Assembly: GCA_964619505.1 (NCBI GenBank)
Contig: CAZUCK010000005.1
Location: forward strand, 10,300 to 74,299
Direction: 5' to 3'
DNA: 64,000 nt
Origin: an uncultured Fimbriimonas sp.
GTDB taxonomy: Bacteria > Armatimonadota > Fimbriimonadia > Fimbriimonadales > Fimbriimonadaceae
Under the pieces are notes generated by a model. The model was not told the origin of the DNA and did not search any database. It worked only from the letters and a program-made list of their open reading frames with translations. Positions 8,980-17,530 of the stretch are shown here, in pieces; the first letter of the stretch is position 1, and the number at the start of each line of letters is the position of its first letter. A program made the translations under genes and the position numbers.

Positions 8980-9885
8980 TCAGCCTTTTGTCCCTCTGCG
9001 GATGTAGGTCAGGTCGGTCGTGAGCTTCCAGGTTTTGCCGCCGTCGGTCGAGTTGTGCAACACCTGCCTAACTTGGTTCTCATTGATCCTGAGCAGTTCT
9101 TCCTTGGCCATCACAGGCTGCCCGTTTACGTACGACGTGCCAGCAAGCTTGATGCCATCTTTTTCCGGCTTCCCGATCTTTTCCACGATCCAACCGGTGT
9201 CATCGATCCAGCTTTGGCGCCACTCGTGAGCGAAACGGTCGAAATAGAAGAAGCTCTTGCCTTCCCGACCCGTTGAATCCGTCCAGTTCTCCGAAATTGA
9301 GAAACCGCGTAATTGCTTGACGATATGGCTGGTGTTATTGAAGAGATTCGCGCCCGTTACGCTCACAACCCAATCGCCCACCCAGAAATCCATTCCGTCG
9401 GCGCCGGGCACCCCCTTGAGGGGAAATTCCATCTTCTCCAATGCTGCCTTAAAGCGTGGAGTCTCTCGAATGGACTCAAACTCAGGTGCCCGCTCCAAGC
9501 TGCGCAAGTCCCCATACCCGACCGCGATTGCCTCATCCAGCCGATCGAGCGCAAGATCTTGATTGCCTGAAAGCGCGTAACTCATAACGAGGAACGGAAG
9601 GGTCTGGGGCAGAGCAAACTGGTGCGAACGCACGTCCTCAAGGAGTTCAATGGCAGACGGATAATTCTTAAGGTTGAACCGAACTACGCCGAGACGGTAC
9701 TCGAAACCGGTGTGGCCTTCGGTCGGCCCGTTCTTGAGCAGGTCAACATAAAGCGGCTCGGCTTCCTGCCATTTTTGGGCTCGGAAAAGAACGAGGGCCT
9801 TCGCCGACGTGTCGGCAGCGCTCGCCTGTGCCATGCCTAAAGCAGGGAGGGCAATCGCAAGGCAAAGAAGAATCACTGATTTCAT
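8980..9885 (-). CDS. secreted hypothetical protein, TPR-like N-terminal part plus beta-rich C-terminal domain
   Basis: Internal start ATG 9885 of ORF 8980..10326 gives a signal peptide MKSVILLCLAIALPALGMAQASA. Helical repeats follow (KWQEAEPLYVDLLKN..., NYPSAIELLEDV..., GNQDLALDRLDEAIAVGY). The 147 codons upstream of this start look non-coding. Confidence 0.6.
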   Translation of the reverse strand: MKSVILLCLAIALPALGMAQASAADTSAKALVLFRAQKWQEAEPLYVDLLKNGPTEGHTGFEYRLGVVRFNLKNYPSAIELLEDVRSHQFALPQTLPFLVMSYALSGNQDLALDRLDEAIAVGYGDLRSLERAPEFESIRETPRFKAALEKMEFPLKGVPGADGMDFWVGDWVVSVTGANLFNNTSHIVKQLRGFSISENWTDSTGREGKSFFYFDRFAHEWRQSWIDDTGWIVEKIGKPEKDGIKLAGTSYVNGQPVMAKEELLRINENQVRQVLHNSTDGGKTWKLTTDLTYIRRGTKG

Positions 9886-10154
9886 ATTGCGGACCTCTGA
9901 CACCGGGGTAATACGCGTCCAATCACGTCTTTTGTCACCGGGAACGAACTTCTCATAAGAAGGATACTGATGTGTGGAGCACCTCCCGGAGCGTGCGAAG
10001 ATTGCCGCCCGACCTGTCGAGGCCCGCGACATTCCACGCGGTTCCGAAGTCCTGCACGCTGGTGGGCGAAAAGATCCCTTGACATCACGACATCTAGCGA
10101 GGAGATCCTTCACATTAGGAATCGAGCCAGTAACAGCAACACACGAAGCGGCTC

Positions 10155-11282
10155 CTACTTTCTCCAAGAGTCGTGGTAGGCGGTGAGGATCAGGTCCGTG
10201 ATCGTGAACTGGTCGAAGAAAGCAATGTCGTTCTCTGACTTGCACCCGAATCGCTTCATCCAGCCCGCGAAATCCATTGCCGCGCGCACATTCTTCGCGA
10301 CCAAATCGGCGCTCGTACCGCCCCACTTCACATCGGCGACTTGCTTTGTCACCTCGTCGACGACGGCTTGAATGAAATCCGCCTCCAGTTGGATGTGCGC
10401 GCGGGCCTTGTCAGCGTCAAGGATCGCCCCGTGACCGGGGACGTAGGTCTGTGCGCCAAGGGCCAGAAGGTTCGTAAGCGTGTGGACTTGCTCGGAAGGG
10501 TATCCGCCGCCGAGGTATGGCACGGGATAGTCCACAAGGTCCCCGGTCGATACGATGCGATCCTTTGGCAAGAAGGCTACGATGTCCCCCTTCGTGTTGC
10601 CAAGACCGAGAAATTTCAGCTCCACGGGGCAATCGCCAAGATCCAGCGTTAGATCCTGCGTGAACGTCATGGTCGGAAAAGCCATCGGCTCGGCCAACCA
10701 ATCCTTTTGAAGACTCTCCCTTGCCGCAAGATAGTCCACCAACTGCTTCTTGACGTCAGCCGGATACTCTTTGCCCGCCGCGTTTTTTCCAGTCGCTACG
10801 CGTTGCCGGACCTCTTCCGTATGGTTGACGTACTCCTTTGCAATGGCTGGGTAGTAGTCATGCATCTGCTTGGCCGTCTCCGCGTGGGCGATGATCTGAA
10901 GACCCGGGAAGGCGTCGACGTACGCCCGATTACCCCGTGTGTGGTCCTCATGCCAATGCGTGTTCACGACATAGCGCACCGGTTTGTCCGTCCAGTGCTT
11001 GATTTGCGCGATGTCTTCTCTCGCGTCGGCGGGCGTTTGAGTTGTGTCCACGACCAAGACTTCGTTGCCGCCGATGACGACCAATGTGTTCCCCTGGGGT
11101 GAAGCGCCGCCCACGTCCGCATGGCGAATCGCGTAAACGCCGTTTCCCAATTTTTGAACCTGGCGCACGAACGTTGTGGCGCTCGGCATTGGGTCGGTTG
11201 CACTTGCAGCGGACTGTCCCACAGCCATCGTAGAACCAATCAGAGTCATCAAGACGGAAGCACCCCAGTGTCGAAACCTCAT
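10155..11282 (-). CDS. secreted metallo-beta-lactamase-fold hydrolase
   Basis: Contains the HxHxDH motif (VVNTHWHEDHTRGN). Internal start ATG 11282 gives the signal peptide MRFRHWGASVLMTLIGSTMAVGQSAASA. ORF-track start 11603 was rejected. Confidence 0.8.
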   Translation of the reverse strand: MRFRHWGASVLMTLIGSTMAVGQSAASATDPMPSATTFVRQVQKLGNGVYAIRHADVGGASPQGNTLVVIGGNEVLVVDTTQTPADAREDIAQIKHWTDKPVRYVVNTHWHEDHTRGNRAYVDAFPGLQIIAHAETAKQMHDYYPAIAKEYVNHTEEVRQRVATGKNAAGKEYPADVKKQLVDYLAARESLQKDWLAEPMAFPTMTFTQDLTLDLGDCPVELKFLGLGNTKGDIVAFLPKDRIVSTGDLVDYPVPYLGGGYPSEQVHTLTNLLALGAQTYVPGHGAILDADKARAHIQLEADFIQAVVDEVTKQVADVKWGGTSADLVAKNVRAAMDFAGWMKRFGCKSENDIAFFDQFTITDLILTAYHDSWRK

Positions 11283-11454
11283 CCCAGTCCTCCTGCGCAG
11301 CACGCGCTTGCCAAGGGGTAACACGCGTGAAGCCTTTGCAATGGTTCCATCGGCCGATCGTTTGGCATTTCTCCGGCCCTCGAATCCCGTTGCGAGCCTA
11401 GACAGAGCCCTCGACAGATAACCGCCAGCAACGGCAAGCCATAATCCAGAACCA

Positions 11455-12348
11455 GTGCCCGCAACTTCATACATCAAGGTGGCCAGACCGAAGCAGTGGA
11501 CTAAGAACCTGCTTGTTTTTGCGGCGCTTCTTTTCACGGGCAGCTTCAAAGAAAGCGAACTCCTCATCAAGTCGTTGCTCGCTTTTGCGGCAATGTCGCT
11601 CATCAGTTCGGCGACTTACATCGTCAACGACCTGATCGACCTTGAGAAGGACCGGGCTCACCCCAAGAAGAGCAAACGTCCGCTCGCGGCGGGGGAAGTC
11701 AGCCCTGCGGTCGGGATCACCATGGCGGTCGTTTTCGCCGCGGGGTCGCTCGCCATCGCGGTTGGGCTCGGCATGGAGAGCGTCGCCATCATCGTCGGCT
11801 ATCTTGTGCTGCAAGTTGCGTACAACGGCGGGCTGAAGCACATCCCCGTCACAGACGTTTTCGTGATTGCGATGGGCTTCATTTTGCGGGCCGTGCTTGG
11901 CGCCGCCGCCATCAATGTGCCGATCTCCAGTTGGCTGCTTTTCTGCACTGGCGCGCTCGCCCTCATGCTCGGATTTGGGAAACGACGCAACGAATTCGTC
12001 ACCCAAGGGGCGGAAAGAGGCAAGACTCGCAAGAGCCTCGACGGCTACAATCTGGCCGTACTCGACGCCCTTGTGGCGATGTCTTCCGTGGGAGCGGGCC
12101 TGTGCTACGCGCTTTACGTCATTGAGAGCGATACGGGACGCAAGTTTCCCGGCCTCATCTTCACGTCTGTGTTCGTGTTCTACGGGGTTTGCCGATACGT
12201 TTATCTGGTGTTCAAGCAAGACGAGGGCGGAGAGCCGGAGAACCTCCTGTTCAAGGACGCCCATATCTTGTTCACGATCGTCGGATTCGTCGTCTTCGCC
12301 ATCCTCGCCGTCAAAGGCTTTCACGTCAGAATGCTTGACATCAAATAA
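11455..12348 (+). CDS. UbiA-family prenyl-phosphate phosphoribosyltransferase (decaprenyl-phosphate 5-phosphoribosyltransferase-like)
   Basis: ARPKQWTKNLLVFAALLF and the Asp-rich motif NDLIDLEKDRAHPKKSKRPLAAG. Polytopic membrane protein with a GTG start. Confidence 0.85.
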   Translation: MPATSYIKVARPKQWTKNLLVFAALLFTGSFKESELLIKSLLAFAAMSLISSATYIVNDLIDLEKDRAHPKKSKRPLAAGEVSPAVGITMAVVFAAGSLAIAVGLGMESVAIIVGYLVLQVAYNGGLKHIPVTDVFVIAMGFILRAVLGAAAINVPISSWLLFCTGALALMLGFGKRRNEFVTQGAERGKTRKSLDGYNLAVLDALVAMSSVGAGLCYALYVIESDTGRKFPGLIFTSVFVFYGVCRYVYLVFKQDEGGEPENLLFKDAHILFTIVGFVVFAILAVKGFHVRMLDIK

Positions 12349-13077
12349 ATGGCCGATTACAAGTTCGCGATCATCGTAGGGGGCTCATCCGGCATTGGGG
12401 CTGAGCTCGTGAAGCAACTCGCCGCTCAAGGCTGCAGGGTCGCCGCGATCGCTCGCCGGAAGGATCGATTGGACGAACTTGCAAAGTCTTGCGGGGCAAA
12501 TGTTCTGACCTTTGTACACGATGTGACGGACTACGGCGTCGTGCCCGCCTTATTCCAGGAGGTCACCAAAGAGCTCGGCGGGCTGGATCTCATCGTCTAC
12601 GCCAGCGGCGCGATGCCCGAGGTCGGATTCCACGAATTCGATTTTGCCAAGGACAGGCTCATGGTCGAGGTCAATCTGCTCGGCGCGATCGCCTGGCTCA
12701 ACCAGGCCGCCATCCGTTTCGAGAACACGCACTCGGGCACGATTGTGGGGATTGGAAGCGTTGCAGGTGACAGGGGCCGATCGGGACAACCCGTTTACAA
12801 CACGACGAAGGCGGCGCTTGCGACCTATTTGGAAGCCATTCGGAACCGCATCTGTCGTTATGGAGTCAAAGTGGTCACGATCAAGCCCGGCCCAACCGAG
12901 ACAGAAATGACGCAGGCTCTGCACCTGAAGAGCGCAATGCCGGCGGACGAAGCGGCGCGAAGAATTTTGGCGAAATCGAAGAGGACCGGAGAGCACTATT
13001 TGAAGGCCATCCATCGGCCGATCTTCTGGGCGATCAAGAGGGTCCCCTCGCCGCTCTTTCGAAAACTCAAGATCTAG
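12349..13077 (+). CDS. short-chain dehydrogenase/reductase (DprE2-like)
   Basis: IIVGGSSGIGAELV (Rossmann TGxxxGxG type) and the catalytic YNTTK (YxxxK). The ATG directly abuts the TAA of the preceding gene. Confidence 0.8.
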   Translation: MADYKFAIIVGGSSGIGAELVKQLAAQGCRVAAIARRKDRLDELAKSCGANVLTFVHDVTDYGVVPALFQEVTKELGGLDLIVYASGAMPEVGFHEFDFAKDRLMVEVNLLGAIAWLNQAAIRFENTHSGTIVGIGSVAGDRGRSGQPVYNTTKAALATYLEAIRNRICRYGVKVVTIKPGPTETEMTQALHLKSAMPADEAARRILAKSKRTGEHYLKAIHRPIFWAIKRVPSPLFRKLKI

Positions 13078-13100
13078 CAGTTACAGACCGGGGTCCAGAA

Positions 13101-14525
13101 ATGACCAGCAAAGCAATCCCAACTTCCAAGCTGCTCCCCCCAGAACGCGTCGCCCGCCTAACCGGCTTCGGCATGACCTCCGCGGCCGACGGCTATGTCT
13201 ACCGCCCCACCTGCGTTGACGAAATTCGCGAAGTTCTGGACCTCGCCCGTCAATCGGGCCGCAGGATCGTCCAACGCGGGGCGGGGCAAAGCTACGGTGA
13301 CGCCAACATCGGAGCGGAGTGCATTGTGCTCGACATGACCCGAATGCGCAGGACGCTGGCTTGGGATGCGAAGACGGGCATCATCGAAGTGGAAGCGGGC
13401 GTAACGGTCGAAGGTCTTTGGCGGCAAACGTTGGAAGATGGCTACTGGCCTCCCGTCGTCAGCGGCACGATGATGCCGACCCTCGGCGGCGCGCTCGCCA
13501 TGAACATTCACGGCAAGAACAACTATTGTCAGGGACCCATTGGCGAGCACGTCCTTGAAATCGACCTCCTTGACACCAAAGGCAACCTCCGCACGCTTAC
13601 ACCCAAGGACGATGCGTTTTATGCGGTGATCAGCGGGGCGGGCTTGTTGGGCATCGTGACGCGGGTCAAGCTGCAAATGAAGAAGATCGGCAGCGGCGAC
13701 GTCCGGGTCCTACCCGTATCCTGCGCCAATTTGAACGCTCAGTTCCAAGCGTTCGAGAAGTTCGAGCACGACGCCGATTACATGGTCAGTTGGATCGACT
13801 GCTTCGGTGGAGGCGGCAAACTTGGACGCGGGTTGTTCCACGCCGCGTGGTACACGCAAACCGACGGCGTTGCCACGCTAAGGCCGGAACACCAAGACCT
13901 TCCGGACACGATCTTGGGCATGTTTCCAAAGTCGGTGGTTTGGCGGTTCCTGAAAATGTTCTGCAACCGGTTCTTGTGGAGGCAACTCAATTGGGCAAAG
14001 CACACATCATCGAAACTTCTAGGTGATGGCAAATCTCACTCACAGAGCCTCGTTGGCTTCTCGTTCCTGCTCGATTACGTCCCCAATTGGCGTTGGGCTT
14101 ACCGGCCAGGCGGATTTATCCAATATCAATCCTTCGTTCCAAAGGAGCACGCCAAACGTGTTTTCGACACTCAGATCACGATGCAGCAGGAAGCGGGGCT
14201 TGAATCTTTCCTCGGGGTCATGAAACGTCATCGGCCGGACAAGTTCCTTTTTTCCCATGCCGTCGACGGGTACTCCCTGGCCCTGGATTTCAAAGTGACG
14301 AAAGGCAACTGGCAGAGGCTGCAGGCGCTTGCGCATCGAATGAACGACCTCGTCTTGGAAGCCGGAGGACGTTTCTACTTCGCCAAGGATTCCACGCTCC
14401 GTCGTTCGGACCTTCAGGCTTTTCTGGGCGAAGAGGCGATCGAGAGGTTTCGCGGGTTCAAGCGTGAGTTAGACCCTGAGGGACTGTTGACGAGTCAGTT
14501 GGCCGAGCGCGTGGGACTAGTTTAG
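13101..14525 (+). CDS. FAD-linked oxidase (DprE1-like decaprenylphospho-ribose 2'-oxidase family)
   Basis: RLTGFGMT...VQRGAGQSYGD...TLGGALAMNIHGKN...GGFIQYQSFVP...GGRFYFAKDS...ELDPEGLLTSQLAERVGL follows, by eye, the mycobacterial DprE1 sequence end to end. Confidence 0.85.
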   Translation: MTSKAIPTSKLLPPERVARLTGFGMTSAADGYVYRPTCVDEIREVLDLARQSGRRIVQRGAGQSYGDANIGAECIVLDMTRMRRTLAWDAKTGIIEVEAGVTVEGLWRQTLEDGYWPPVVSGTMMPTLGGALAMNIHGKNNYCQGPIGEHVLEIDLLDTKGNLRTLTPKDDAFYAVISGAGLLGIVTRVKLQMKKIGSGDVRVLPVSCANLNAQFQAFEKFEHDADYMVSWIDCFGGGGKLGRGLFHAAWYTQTDGVATLRPEHQDLPDTILGMFPKSVVWRFLKMFCNRFLWRQLNWAKHTSSKLLGDGKSHSQSLVGFSFLLDYVPNWRWAYRPGGFIQYQSFVPKEHAKRVFDTQITMQQEAGLESFLGVMKRHRPDKFLFSHAVDGYSLALDFKVTKGNWQRLQALAHRMNDLVLEAGGRFYFAKDSTLRRSDLQAFLGEEAIERFRGFKRELDPEGLLTSQLAERVGLV

Positions 14526-14558
14526 ACCGTCCAACGGTGCTACAGTTAGCTTCAGACC

Positions 14559-15293
14559 ATGATCGAGCTTAAAGGTCTCGCCAAGAGTTACGGATCACAC
14601 GCCGCGTTGCAGGCGACGAACCTGACGGTGCCCGCGGAGAAAACAACGGCCCTCATCGGCCCCAGCGGCTGCGGAAAGTCGACCATTCTGCGATTGATCG
14701 CAGGACTCATCGAACCATCCCAGGGCTCGGTGGTGATCGGCGGCGAATCGATGTCGCCAGAGACCGCCCTGAGTTTACGACGAAAGCTGGGGTATGTCAT
14801 CCAGGACGGTGGGCTATTCCCCCACCTTACCGCTCGCGAGAATGTCACCGTGATGGCGGATCACCTTAGGATGTATGCGGATGAGCAACGGCGCAAATTG
14901 TCTGACCTGCTCCAACTGACGCGATTCCCCGAAGAGCTGATGAATCGCTACCCGGGAGAACTTTCGGGTGGTCAGAAACAGCGGGTCGGCCTCATGAGGG
15001 CACTCATGCTGGACCCGGAAGTGCTTTTGCTGGACGAGCCACTTGGAGCGTTGGACCCCATGGTGCGCGCAGACCTGCAGACGGACTTGAAATCGATCTT
15101 CGCTGCTCTGAGCAAGACGGTCCTGTTGGTCACCCATGACATGGGTGAAGCGGCATACTTGGCAGACCGCATCGTGCTCTTAAAGGAAGGCGCCATCGTA
15201 CAGGAGGGGGAACTGCGTGACTTTCAGGTGCATCCCGCGGAACCGTTCGTCACCGATTTCTTACATGCGCAGAGGAGCATGGTGGCCGTATGA
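14559..15293 (+). CDS. ABC transporter ATP-binding protein (osmoprotectant/glycine-betaine type, no CBS tail)
   Basis: Walker A GPSGCGKST, signature LSGGQKQRV, Walker B LLLDEP. It overlaps the next gene by 4 nt (ATGA). Confidence 0.9.
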   Translation: MIELKGLAKSYGSHAALQATNLTVPAEKTTALIGPSGCGKSTILRLIAGLIEPSQGSVVIGGESMSPETALSLRRKLGYVIQDGGLFPHLTARENVTVMADHLRMYADEQRRKLSDLLQLTRFPEELMNRYPGELSGGQKQRVGLMRALMLDPEVLLLDEPLGALDPMVRADLQTDLKSIFAALSKTVLLVTHDMGEAAYLADRIVLLKEGAIVQEGELRDFQVHPAEPFVTDFLHAQRSMVAV

Positions 15294-16771
15294 GGAAGCT
15301 CTTCGTACCGCTGATGATGGGTGTGATGTTTGTCCAGGCCGGCGCACAAACGATCATCGTGGGTTCTAAGAAATTCACCGAATCGTACGTTCTGGGCGAG
15401 ATCGCTAAGAGAGAGCTAACCGATGCCGGATTTACGGTGGAGCACAAGCAAGGCATGGGCGGCACCATCATCCTTTGGGAGGCGCTGAATAGTGGCCAGA
15501 TTTCGATGTACCCCGAATACACGGGGACGATCACGGAGGAGATTTTAAAGCAGAAGGGGCGGAAGATGTCGGACGCCCAGTTGCGGTCCTCCCTTGCAAA
15601 TTTCGGCGTTGGGATGACCGATCAGCTCGGTTTCAACAATACGTATGCCCTCGTGATGACATCCAAGCGAGCGACGCAGTTGGGCATCAAGAGCATCAGC
15701 GATCTTGTCAAGCACAAGGAATTAAAGGTTGGGGTAACCCACGAGTTCCTGGATCGGCAGGACGGTTGGAAGCCCCTTGCAGCCGCCTACGGTTTGCCGA
15801 TGTCTGACGTCAAAGGCATTGATCATGGGCTGGGCTATGAGGCGCTGGCCAAGGGCGACATCGATGTCAAGGACGCGTATTCGACGGACGCAAAGATCGC
15901 TGAAAACAACTTGGTCGTTCTCAATGACGATCTCAACTTTTTCCCGCAGTACAGGGCGGTTTTTCTGTACCTCCTCAAGACTCCGCCGAAGGCGGTTGCT
16001 GCCATTGAAAAGATCGACCGAACGCTCGATGAAACGAGGATGACAGCGCTCAACGCCGAGGCGGAAAAGACCAAGAATTATGCCGAAGCGGCAAGCCTTT
16101 ACTTCAAAAAACCCGGCGGGAGTGGCAAGGTCACCTCTGGGCCAAGTGTCGCTTCCCACATTGCCGAGCTTACCGTCCAGCACTTGGAACTGGTCTTCAT
16201 TTCGTTGCTGATCGCGACCGTCGTGGGAATTCCTCTTGGCATTCTGGCGTGGCGTCCTGGAGCGCTCAGTGCGTTCATCCTTGGCGCGGTGGGCGTCATT
16301 CAGACGATTCCTTCCCTAGCCTTGCTGGCGTTTCTTGTGCCCTTGATGGGCATCCACCCTGTGACCGCCATCGTGGCACTGTTCTTGTACAGCCTACTGC
16401 CCATCGTGCGGAACACAGCGACCGGTTTACAGGAAATCCCGCCCCCACTGAGGGAATCGGCTGCAGCCCTTGGATTGCCACCCGGTGCGAGACTGCAAAA
16501 GATCTTCATGCCAATGGCCTCGCGATCGATTCTTGCCGGCATCAAGACATCGGCGGTCATCAACGTTGGCACGGCCACCCTTGCCGCTTTGATTGGCGCA
16601 GGGGGCCTTGGCGAGCCCATCATAAGCGGGCTGAACCTGAACGATGTCCCGACAATCATGCAGGGAGCCATACCGGCAGCTGTTCTCGCCGTGCTCGTTC
16701 AACTCTTATTCGATGGACTTGATAAGATTTTCGTTCCGAAAGGTCTGCGGATTTCAGGTGTCGTGAATTAG
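15290..16771 (+). CDS. fused substrate-binding domain / permease of a glycine-betaine/choline-type ABC transporter
   Basis: The N-terminal ~290 aa look like an OpuAC-type binding protein (GSKKFTESYVLGEI...YPEYTGT...). The C-terminal ~200 aa are a BPD permease with an EAA-like loop (ESAAALGLPPGARLQKIFMPMA). Confidence 0.9.
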   Translation: MRKLFVPLMMGVMFVQAGAQTIIVGSKKFTESYVLGEIAKRELTDAGFTVEHKQGMGGTIILWEALNSGQISMYPEYTGTITEEILKQKGRKMSDAQLRSSLANFGVGMTDQLGFNNTYALVMTSKRATQLGIKSISDLVKHKELKVGVTHEFLDRQDGWKPLAAAYGLPMSDVKGIDHGLGYEALAKGDIDVKDAYSTDAKIAENNLVVLNDDLNFFPQYRAVFLYLLKTPPKAVAAIEKIDRTLDETRMTALNAEAEKTKNYAEAASLYFKKPGGSGKVTSGPSVASHIAELTVQHLELVFISLLIATVVGIPLGILAWRPGALSAFILGAVGVIQTIPSLALLAFLVPLMGIHPVTAIVALFLYSLLPIVRNTATGLQEIPPPLRESAAALGLPPGARLQKIFMPMASRSILAGIKTSAVINVGTATLAALIGAGGLGEPIISGLNLNDVPTIMQGAIPAAVLAVLVQLLFDGLDKIFVPKGLRISGVVN

Positions 16772-16798
16772 CACTGGGCGGTCGTTCAGAATCTAGCG

Positions 16799-17524
16799 GT
16801 GAAGAAGATTTCCCCTCGCGAACCCGTCGGCGAGATGCGCAAGATCCCGATCATCGAGTGCGGCGAGCCGCTCGTCAACTTCATGGAGTTCTGTCCAGAT
16901 CTGATTTGGGACAGACCGCGATTTGACTATCGCCGGGAACAACTTGTGAGGAAGTCGGTTGCCGAGAAGCTTTGTGCCGCCAACTCCTCGCTCCCGAAGG
17001 GTTTTAAGCTGGCGATCATTGAAGGGTGGCGCGCTCCGCTCATTCAGAAACGCATGTACGAGGCTGCGGAAGCTCGCTATCGCGAGTTGTATCCCGGTGC
17101 GTCGGAGCGGTCGCTTCGACGAATCGTCAACCAATTCACGGCGCCGATGGACAAGAAAGGTCCGCCGCCGCACACTACTGGTGGGGCTGTTGACTTGGTG
17201 CTTGCCAGGACGGACGGTGCGTTGATGGATCACATAAGTCCGTACAGTGATCGAGACCCAGCATCGTTTGCGTTCCACGCGAAGGGGCTTTCAGATCGAG
17301 CAAGAGAAACGAGAGACATCCTTGCGTCGGCCCTGTTGCCGACAGGCATGACGAACTACCCTAGTGAGTATTGGCATTGGACCTACGGAGACCAGGGTTG
17401 GGCCTATCGGGGAGGTCACCCGCATGCCATTTACTCCCCCATCACTCCGGAGGGCTGGGCACCTGACCCTCGGGACGTGGTGGACAAACCGCTTGTTCGG
17501 ATCGCAAGCGAAGAGCGAAGGTGA
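16799..17524 (+). CDS. D-alanyl-D-alanine dipeptidase (peptidase M15, VanX/DdpX-like)
   Basis: EGWRAPLIQKRMY, PPHTTGGAVDL (H-x6-D zinc site) and SEYWHW match the VanX family. GTG start. Confidence 0.85.
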   Translation: MKKISPREPVGEMRKIPIIECGEPLVNFMEFCPDLIWDRPRFDYRREQLVRKSVAEKLCAANSSLPKGFKLAIIEGWRAPLIQKRMYEAAEARYRELYPGASERSLRRIVNQFTAPMDKKGPPPHTTGGAVDLVLARTDGALMDHISPYSDRDPASFAFHAKGLSDRARETRDILASALLPTGMTNYPSEYWHWTYGDQGWAYRGGHPHAIYSPITPEGWAPDPRDVVDKPLVRIASEERR

Positions 17525-17530
17525 GACCGG

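Noticed and set aside
9886-10326. N-terminal extensions of several ORF-track ORFs (8980..10326, 10155..11603, 39584..40855, 44262..46151, 47871..49832, 51360..52718, 56090..58189)
   Set aside because: In each case an internal Met gives either a canonical family N-terminus (MKIAHLSDTHLG, MATIVRKVHLLD…AAGEV) or a proper signal peptide. The upstream codons are Arg/Ser/Pro-rich and look non-coding.
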